Assembly (NCBI GenBank): GCA_964016885.1 | Contig: OZ024742.1 | Location: 103,540,001-103,604,000, forward strand | DNA from: Eledone cirrhosa | Taxonomy: Eukaryota | Reading direction: 5' to 3' | Length of the DNA stretch: 64,000 nt | Shown: positions 34,619 through 45,800 of the stretch, in pieces | How the letters are laid out: the number at the start of each line of letters is the position of its first letter | Position numbering within the stretch: the stretch's first letter is position 1 | Notes under the pieces: model-generated | Told to the model about the DNA's origin: nothing | Databases searched by the model: none | What the model saw: only the letters and a program-made list of their open reading frames with translations | Made by a program: the position numbers and the translations under genes

Positions 34619-37600
34619 ATCTCTATATATATATAATCTATATCATCATCATCATCATCATCAACGTTTAACGTCCGTGTTCCACGCTTGCATGGGTTTG
34701 GACGGGGGTAGTCCCACTTGAGGCAAGAGTGATTGTCTTGCTCGCATAGGACTATCTGGCAGGTTTTCTACAGTTGGATGCCCTTCCTAACACCAACCAC
34801 ATTTACAGTGTGGGTCTGGGAGGTTTTTACCGTGTTGCCTACACGGCCACATTACAGCGTGGACTGTGTGTTTTTTTGTCGTGACACCTACACGATCTCA
34901 TTTGTTTCGGCCTGGATGGCGCGGCACCAACATAACTTTACATAGGACGGGGTGGTGTGGATGGGGTGGGGGTGGGGGTGGTGGGACGGGGTGTATTTTG
35001 TTAGAGATGCCTACTGGCTGGAGTAGGTTTTACTATATATTTAGGTAAGGCGGGTCTTCTCTGTTACTGAGTACCGCCAAAGGTCTCGGTCCAGTGACAT
35101 TGTCTTGGAGAGGTGTAAGTGTGTGATGTCGGAGTTTATCAGCTCGTCCCAGGTTTTTCTAGGTCTGCCTATTCCGTGACTACCGTCTATCTTTATTGCC
35201 CTGCACTTTGTTATACAGCTATCGACTTTCATGCGCATCACGTGTCCATACCAACGTAGCCTTCTCTCGAGTAAACAACATCTGATCCCTCTTATCTCTA
35301 ATTTTTTCCTTAGTTCGTTTATGCTTTGCCGTTCACGTATATTACTATTACACATCCAGCGGAGCATGCAAGCTTCGTTCCTCTCTAGTCTGCGTATATC
35401 CTCTGCACACAATGCCCAGGTCTCACTGCCATGCAGCATTGCTGTTCGTATGCAGGCATCGTACAACCTGCCTTTCATTTTTAGGGAGAACCCTTTAGCA
35501 GCTAATAGTGGTATAAGCTCTCTGAACTTTTTCCAACCAGTTCTGACTCTAGCTACAGTACTTTCAGAGCACCCTCCCCCACTGCTGATTTTATCGCCCA
35601 GGTAACGGAAGCTGTCCACTATTTCTATAGAACCCTCTGCGCAATTGAAAGAGCTAGTATTTTGTGGGCACTTGCTGCTACTTATTGCACCAGAACACCG
35701 GCCACATGTAAAATCTATGTTCTTAGTTAGCTTACCTGTGATCCCACTACATCTTTTATGCACCCATACTTTGCATTTAGGACATAAAATGGAGTTTCTA
35801 CCTACGCCTTTCCTACACACCGAGCACGACCATTTCCCAGAAGGGACCGCCGCCTTGTTTTCTTTCCTACAAACTAGAACTTTGGTCTTAGCCAGGTTAA
35901 TTTTAAGTCCTTTTGACTCTAGGCCGTGCTTCCATGTTTGGAATTTCTTCTCTAGCTCGGCCATTGATTCCGCTATGAGTGTCAGGTCGTCTGCGTATAG
36001 GAGTTCCCATGGGCAGCCTGTCTTGAACTCCTCTGTTATAGCCTGAAGGGCAATAATAAATAGTAGGGGGCTGAGAACAGAGCCTTGATGGACACCAACT
36101 TTTACGCTAAACTCTTCACTATATTCGTTGTTAATTCTAACCTTACTGACTGTTTCTTTATACATGGCTTGTATAGCCCTCACAAGCCATTCGTCAACGC
36201 CTAGTTTTCTAAGAGCCCACCAGATAATGGAGCGGGGGACTCTGTCGAAGGCTTTCTCCAAGTCGACAAAAGCTAAGTAGAGGGGTTTACCTTTAGCTAG
36301 GTACTTCTCCTGTAGTTGTCGTACTATGAAAAGAGCGTCTGTGGTACTTTTGCCTGACACAAACCCGAACTGCATTTCATCTAGGTCAATTCTCTCTCTG
36401 ATTAGTTGCGCTATTACTTTTTCCGTGACCTTCATGACCTGGTCGATTAATTTAATGCCTCTATAGTTACTCCTATCTCGGGCGTCTCCTTTACCCTTAT
36501 AACAGTTAACGATGATGCTGCTATGCCAGTCCTTCGGAACAACCCCATTCTGTACGACTTGGTTAACTATGCGGGTGACCATGGTGTGTCCCACCGTGCC
36601 AGATGCCTTCAGCATCTCAGCAACTATTTCCGAAGGCCCAGCCGCCTTACCCGTCTTCATATCCTTGATTGCTTTACTTATTATACTCCCCTCGACTAAC
36701 ACTGCTGGTCCCTCTATTGGGTCGATATGGGGGAGACTGTCTTTCTCCCATTTATTCTCCTCATTTAGTAGCCTTTCATAGTGACACTTCCAAGCTACCT
36801 TCTTATCAGCGTCGGTGATGGCAAGTGTGCCATCGTCGTTTAGTACACACTTCTCCCCGACAATATCACGGTTTTCCTTGACGCATTGCCTAGCAATCCT
36901 GAACACCTCACGTTTTTGGTCATCGCGTTGTAGAACATGCTTGAACTTTCTTTCCTCAGCTTCCCTTCTTGCTAAGTACACATGTCTCCTAGCTTCCCTC
37001 ATGGCCACTTGATAGTCTTCTCTACTTCCCCCATCCCGCCATACTTTCCAAGCCTGCTTTTTGGCCTTAATTGACCCCTCCACCTTACTGTTCCACCACC
37101 ATGTTACTGTCCTCCTGCTTATAGGCCTGCTCCAGCCACAGACTTCGTCTGTCGCCAACAGCAGGTTTGCTTTCAGAAATTCCCACTCTCCCTCTATATT
37201 GTCCGACTCTAAATGTTCTTCCTTACTGTCGAAAGCATCAAGTAATATGCTTTGAAATTTATTCCTGGCTGTGGGGTCCTTTAGCTTCCATATTTTTCTC
37301 CTGAGGATAGTCCTCTTCTGCTGTCGAGTACGTCTCGTCCTGACTATGAGGTCGCTAATTATCAGTCTATGTTGGGAGGTGCATTCTTCATGGGGGAGGG
37401 ATTTAGTGTTTACAACAGACACTCTGTCACGTCTTCTGGTAAGGATATAATCTACCTGGCTTGTGTGTTCCCCGGATCTATAGGTGATCAGGTGATTGTC
37501 ACGTTTTTTGAAGTTAGTGTTACAGATAGTTAGGTTATTTGCATCACAGAATTCCAGGATTCTGGAGCCTTCCTCATTTCTAGTACCAAACCCATAGCCT

Positions 37601-38661
37601 CCATGGATTTCGTCGTAGCTGTCACAACGTTGTCCAACGTGACCATTTAGGTCGCCTGCAATAATTATATAGTCACTGTCGGATATTTGGGAGGTAGTTA
37701 GCATCAGTGTCTCATAGAATCTGTCTTTTATAGTGCCGGGCAGTCCGGATTGGGGTGCGTACGCAGATATTACTGTCACCGTAGTTCTATTGAGGACAAG
37801 TCGTATTTTAATTATTCTGTCGTTCACTCTATTTACGTCTATTATCTTATCTGCCCACTTTTCTGCTACCATGATTCCTACTCCACCCAGCCCATCGTCG
37901 TTTCCCACCCAGAAAAGCTTATAACATCGTTTTTTACCCTCAATGAATCTAGCAGACCCACCCCTCCACCTGGTCTCTAGAATACAACAAACATCGACCT
38001 CCTTACGTTCAAGCATTTCTACAACCTCGTTAGCGCGACCCTTTAGGGTGCCTACATTTATGGTACCAACTCTGAAGTTTTGGATTGCGTTTGGGGGTTG
38101 GGGGCGGTGGGGGGCGGGGGGCGATGGGGTTATGTTAGCCGTCCGCGGTCGAAACAATGAGGAGTGCTCGCATTCTCGTCCAAGAGGTGAATTTGTCTTT
38201 ATCTTTGGCATTGTCGCTGAGCGTCCAGATTTTTCTCTCTCTCCTCCACTTTCCAGGATTCCGCAGTCCATCCATCCATCATATATCGAAAGGCAACCAG
38301 GCAAGCGATAGTATAGGCCTCTGGCTTCTGATTGGTCCGCGTAATAGCAATGGTGGTGCGTGGGGGCGGGAGGGAGGGGTGTTGGCTAGCTAGATAGAAG
38401 GTAATGATTGAATGGGGTCCTTGCATTTAACAAGCGATTAACAAAAATACAAAATTTTGTTCTGTTCGATACGACAAAAACTTTCGTATCTCACAATTAA
38501 TGAATACAAAAAATGTAGATTGTTTTAGCAATAGATTGGCTATTTGGACTTGATACGAAATATGGAGTGTGGAGGTAGAGATGAAGAAAAATATGTACAT
38601 TACGTTACATGAATATCGTGGGATAGACAGCAAAGCAATGAAATTTGCGAAGTGAATTTCT

Positions 38662-38714
<53 letters not shown>

Positions 38715-39681
38715 GGAGAGAGAGAGAGAGAGAGGGGGGGGGAGGTGGCCGCATGATTGGGCGTTTGACCGCCATGCCCTCGAAGTAGGGCGGGTGGGGG
38801 TCGAGGAAGCGGGAGTTTCGAGTTTCGAAAGAAGGAATATATATAATCTATATATATATATATAATCTTTATATATATATATAATCTTTATATATATATA
38901 ATCTCTATATATATATATGATCTATATATATATATATATATATATGATCTATATATACATATATATGATCTATATATATATATTAATATATATATATATA
39001 TATGATCTATATATATATATATATATGATCTATGTCTAGGGCGGGTAAAATTCCCGAGATCCATGGACGAGTTCTCTCCAGCGGTCTCTGTCCCTCATTA
39101 TCGCTGCCATGTCCTGCATCTCCAACAGACCAGTCTTTAGGGCATCAACATACGTTAACCTTGGTCTTCCTCTTCAGGAGACTGAGGTTAGCTGGACATG
39201 CTCACCGACATCCAGAGTTGATATGATCTATATATATATATGATCTATATATATATATATATATATGATCTATATATATATATATATATATATGATCTAT
39301 ATATATATATATATATGATCTATAGGCACATGGCTTAGTGGTTAGAGCATTGGCCTTGCAATCGAAAGGTTGTGGGTTCAATTCTCAGACCAGGTGATGT
39401 GTTGTTTCCTTGAGCAAGACACTTTATTTCACATTGCTCCAGTTTACTCAGCTGTAGAAATGAGATGATAGGGACTGGGGTCCCTATCATTCCACTGCAA
39501 AGTGGTCGTGGAGGTGCCACGGCAAAAAAGCACCCAGCACTCACTGTAAATGAGGTTGGTGTTAGGAAGGGCATCCAGCTGTAGAAATCAAGCCAGAATC
39601 AGTTCCCGTCCCACCCTTGCAAGCAGGGAAAAGCGGACGTAAAATGAAATGATGATGATGATGATGATATATATATGATCT

Positions 39682-39712
<31 letters not shown>

Positions 39713-39929
39713 TAAAAGTAAGTAGGATCGAAGACACTGTTGCAGCATATATATAAACTTTATATATATAGTTAGAAAGTGAAGGTGAAAATTAAATATT
39801 CAAGCAACAATAATAAAATTATTCATTCTGTTGGATTAAAAAAAAAATCTTTAAATATACTTCTGTGCATTTTCATTTTTACTTTTTAACTATAACCTTT
39901 CTTTTGTATGGAACTTTACCCTCTGTTTC

Positions 39930-39975
<46 letters not shown>

Positions 39976-40251
39976 TGAGTGCTGGGTGCTTTTTTTCTGT
40001 GGCGCCTACATGTCCACTTTACAGTGTGGGCTGGGTGCTTTTTTGCATGGCACCTCCGCGACCACTTTGCAGTGGAATGATAGGGACCCCAGTCCCTATC
40101 AAATCATTTCTACAGCTGAGTAAACTGGAGCAATGTGAAATAAAGTGTCTTGCTCAAGGAAACAACACATCACCCGGTCTGAGAATTGAACTCACAACCT
40201 TTCTGAGAATTGAACTTCACAAGCCATGTGCCTCCTATAAATATATATATA

Positions 40252-40327
<76 letters not shown>

Positions 40328-40773
40328 AACAATATATCGTTAAAGGTAATCCGATAAGAGGTTGTGAAAACTACTTATCATGGATAGTTTAAGCGTACGG
40401 TGCTGTGTGACTCAACAAGAGGTTTACGTGGATGACGAGTTTATGACTTCACTTGTATTCCTATGTAAGTATATCTTGGAGTAATAAAATTGAAAAAGTG
40501 AGGAATAATATGGTCAACAGTACAAACAAGGAAATGTATTTACAGTCTAACAATTGTTTCTATGATAGAGTTGTCTAAAAATTGCTAAACACGGAAATTA
40601 GTGACACTCAATTTAAAATACATGTAACCTCTATCATTTCGTCAGAGTTCTCTGACGAAATGATAAAGGTTACATGTATTATAAATTGAGTGTCACTAAT
40701 CATAGAAACAATTGTTAGACTGTAAATCAATTTCCTTGTTTGTACTGTTGACTATGTTATTCCTCACTTTTTC

Positions 40774-40823
<50 letters not shown>

Positions 40824-42832
40824 TCATCATCATCATCATCATATATATATATATATTAAAATAACAGATTAAAGTTTAAGCAAAGAATCGATACTTAACG
40901 GTTAAGGGTGAAAGCAGTGATTCTTTGCTTAAACTTTAATCTGTTATTTTAATAAATATTTGCTCTAGGGTTCTTATATATTTGATATATATTTATCCTT
41001 ATCAAGTCCTCTTTGGATTTTAGTCTTCACATTTATTATTATTACTATATATATATATATAGTAAAATAATGGAACAAAGGACTCGCGTATAATCCTGTA
41101 ATTAAATGAGCTCAAAGGAAAGAGTTTTCCTGGGCACTTTAAAATACAATATATAGAGGGGAAAGACACAGAAGAGTGTGTTTTTCTTTAAAGGAATTTC
41201 AAACCACCTGTAAAGAAAAACACACTCTTCTGTGTCTTTCTCCTCTCCCTCTCTATATATATATCAAATGAAGCAATGGAGTAAAGGACTCACGTTAGTC
41301 CCTAGCAGTTTTGTTTTCTCATTCAGGCCTCTAGATACTGTCTGAAGCACGTATTTTTTCTTTTCTCTCACCATGTGCGGATGACTAGTTACCTAATTTC
41401 TAATTAGACGCACAAGAAACATTTTCTAAAACACCTGCTGGTGATCTATGGATAACGTGATTCTTGCAGCATTTAGTGAAACAATCCTTCCATGGGACTG
41501 TACAGATGTCGTAGTTATGAAGGTACGCTTTCCATTTTAATTAATCTGTTTAATTATAATGTATTTCCTGTACCTTTTGCAGTTTTATGTTTTTCACACT
41601 AGTGGTAATATACACCCTGTAATGAAAACATGTTCTTTTCATGTATTCTCTCCTATATATATTTATATATATCATACGGTAAACATTGATGCAATTCAAT
41701 TCAACCACTCAATGTCACGTTACTTCTTCAAAATAAGAATAATGGAGTTTAGAATGAGGAAAATGCAAAATTGTAGATGTTAAGTAAACAAAATCTCCTA
41801 CTAGATCCCATCCCGCCTCATCAGACCATGGATGGCCAAGAAAGTTTATTTGCACCCTGCATGGACTAAACTGGCCCAAACACCCACTGCACTGTGGATA
41901 TAACTGAACTCGTTATAATTTGTCACCTCTACCTTATTCCCACTTTTCCCATTTTTCCCATATTTTTCTTTTATTTTTTTCTTTCTTTAATCTTTTTCTT
42001 ATATTTTCCTTCTATATGTATTCTTATTTATTTTTATTTGATTGACTAGCATATCAACTATCTGATTGTCTAAATATTATGTTCTACACTTTAAATTCAC
42101 CTGATATTTTTCTTTATGATGCCTATTTTTTCTAGTCTAGTTTCATAGTAAATCAATAGGCTCCTCATCTATTCTATAGATACTTCATATCATATAAAAC
42201 ATTCAATAGTTAATCACTAGCTATCAACATTTAATATCCAATATTGAACCCAATTTTCACCAAGAGTAATATTGAATTGGTGGTGGTTAAGTGGTCAACT
42301 TCTGCTACTTTGTGCCTGTGCGAAGCTGTGTGGGTGTTCAGAAGCTCACAAGGGAACACATAAGTCCAATAAAAACATAATTTTTGTCCCTTTTCTTGCA
42401 TTGTCTAAAAAATGTAATCCTTTTATTTAATGTTGCTGTCTGATGAGATCATGGGAATGGTTATATAATCAGTTACATAATGGTTTCATAATTACAAATA
42501 TGTATCACAGCTTTATTGATAAAGGACTTTTTAACATCTACAACTTTGCATTTTCCTCATTATATACACACTATATATATATATATAACAAAGAAGGTGT
42601 GATAAGAAACCAGGTGGACCATAACGCAGCAGAGTACTCAATACTTAGGGTAGTAGAGTGGGTAATAGGAAAAGAGTCAGGACCCCGACGGCTGAGCTCC
42701 GGCTGTTTCAACAGCTAGATCCATTCAGATCTAGCTGTCAAAACGGCCGGAGTTCAGCCGTCGGGGTCCTGATTCTTTTCATATATATATATATCATCAT
42801 CATCGTTTAACGTCTATCTTCCACGCTAGAAT

Positions 42833-42881
<49 letters not shown>

Positions 42882-45800
42882 TAAGAGAGAGAGAGAGAGG
42901 GGGGGGGCATAGTGAAGGAGAGGTAAAGAAAGCTAACAGAAAACATACCGGAATTTCATTGACCTGCTTTGAGGTTTCTCAACTGAGTTGCGTATATGAT
43001 AAATATTAGTGAATAACAGAGTCATGTTATAAGGAACTCCAAATGCTGTTGGTATAGATCTATACAGCTCAGTCAACTGTCCAAAGCGAAGTAATTCCAT
43101 TTTGTATTCCTCTGTGAAGGTTCTCTGAAAGCTTGGTATATTCTTTAGAAAGCTAACCACATCCCACATGAAAATGTTGAAACCTGTAATTAATATGTAG
43201 ATTTTAATACTGGCAATACAGATATATGTTGCAGAGATGACTGTGGTTAAGGAGTTTGATGTACAACCATGTGGTCCTCATTGCTGTCCTGCTGCATAGG
43301 TGACACCTTGGGCAAATGTCTTTTACAATAGCCATGAGTTGATGAATGTCTTGTGAATGGAATTTGATAGACGAAAACTACAAAAGCCTGGTGGTTTCAT
43401 GGTTAGTGTGTTCAGCTCACGATTGTAAGATTGAGTTTGATTCCCAGCAGCATATTGTGTCCTTGAGCAAAACACTTTATTTCATATTGCTCTAGTCCAC
43501 TCAGCTGGCAAAAATGAGTTGTGCTTGTCATTCAAAGAGTCATCCTTGTCTCACACTGCATCATGCTGAATCTCCCTGAGAACTACGTTAAAGGTGCATG
43601 TTTCTGTGGAATACATAGCCATGTGAATGTTAATTTCATGAATAGGCAGTTCTGTTGCTTCAACAACTGAAACACTCAGCGTTGGAACCAATACACACCA
43701 ATACACACACACACATATACATATACATACATGTATATGGGTGTGTGTCTATGTCTGTCGTTAAATCATATATGGTCTACATGGTCATAATCAGAGAAAA
43801 GAGCTAAGAGCTACATGTAGCCATGAAACTAACAAGCTACATTTCATATATATAGTATGGGGTTTAACTAGACACAGATGTGGTCATATATAGAGCTAAA
43901 GAGCTAAAAACTACATATAGTCATTAAGCTTACTAACTACATTTCATATATATAGTATGGTGTTTAACCAGACACAGATGTGGTTATATTCAAGAGCTAA
44001 AGATCTAAGAACTACATGTAGCCTTTAGACTAACAAGCTACATTTCCTATATATAGTATGGTGTTTAACCAGACACAGATGTGGTTATATTCAAGAGCTA
44101 AAGATCTAAGAACTACATGTAGCCTTTAGACTAACAAGCTACATTTCCTATATATAGTATGGTGTTTAACCAGACACAGATGTGGTTATATTCAAGAGCT
44201 AAAGATCTAAGAACTACATGTAGCCTTTAGACTAACAAGCTACATTTCCTATATATAGTATGGTGTTTAACCAGACACAGATGTGGTTATATTTAAGAAC
44301 TAAAGATCTAAGAACTACATGTAGCCTTTAGACTAACAAGCTACATTTCCTATATATAGTATGGTGTTTAACCAGACACAGATGTGGTTATATTTAAGAA
44401 CTAAAGATATAAGAACTACATGTAGCCTTTAGACTAACAAGCTACATTTCCTATATATAGTATGGTGTTTAACCAGACACAGATGTGGTTATATTCAAGA
44501 GCTAAAGATCTAAGAACTACATGTAGCCTTTAGACTAACAAGCTACATTTCCTATATATAGTATGGTGTTTAACCAGACACAGATGTGGTTATATTCAAG
44601 AGCTAAAGATCTAAGAACTACATGTAGCCTTTAGACTAACAAGCTACATTTCCTATATATAGTATGGTGTTTAACTAGACACAGATGTGGTTATATTCAA
44701 GAGCTAAAGATCTAAGAACTACATGTAGCCTTTAGACTAACAAGCTACATTTCCTATATATAGTATGGTGTTTAACCAGACACAGATGTGGTTATATTTA
44801 AGAACTAAAGATCTAAGAACTACATGTAGCCTTTAGACTAACAAGCTACATTTCCTATATATAGTATGGTGTTTAACCAGACACAGATGTGGTTATATTC
44901 AAGAACTAAAGATATAAGAACTACATGTAGCCTTTAGACTAACAAGCTATATTTCATATATATAGTATGGTGTTTAACCAGACACAGATGTGGTTATATT
45001 TAAGAGCTAAAGAGATCTAAGAACTACATGTAGCCTTTAGACTAACAAGCTAGATTTCATATATATAGTATGGTGTTTAACCAGACACAGATGTGGTTAT
45101 ATTCAAGAACTAAAGATCTAAGAACTACATGTAGCCTTTAGACTAACAAGCTACATTTCATATATATAGTATGGTGTTTAACCAGACACAGATGTAGTTA
45201 TATTCAAGAACTAAAGATCTAAGAACTACATGTAGCCTTTAGACTAACAAGCTACATTTCCTATATATAGTATAGTCTTTAACTAGACACAGATGTGGTT
45301 ATATTTAAGAGCTAAAGATCTAAGAGCTACATATAGCCTTTAGACTAACAAGCCATATTTCTTGTCAGCTCAATCATAGTTAACCAAGAGACTAAAGCAT
45401 TTTCAATTTAGACACAAAGATGGGGATTTGTGGAGAGGGGAAAGTCAATTATATCAGCCCCAGTTCTTTACTGGTTGATACACCAAACACATGAGCCAAT
45501 AAGTAAGGTGTGTGAGGTTGTTAAACTTGCTAGAAATAGCAGCCATATACAGTTTTACATCAGACAAGGAGGACACTTTAGATAATGTAGTCTTGGGTAG
45601 CTCTAGAAAGATGTGATAATCATGGTTGGAATGTATGCTCAATTAGCATTGCCCTAGAACTAAATAACAACACATACAAACATATGCACATATATACACT
45701 TATATACACATGCATACAAACATACACACATATCATCATCATCATCATCGTTTAACATCTATCTTCCACGCTAGCATTGGTTTAGACGGGAATTGTCCCA

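Noticed and set aside
38735-38836. HDV-like ribozyme at the RTE 5' end
   Set aside because: TTCCTCG resembles loop L3, but no P3/P1 pairing could be built.
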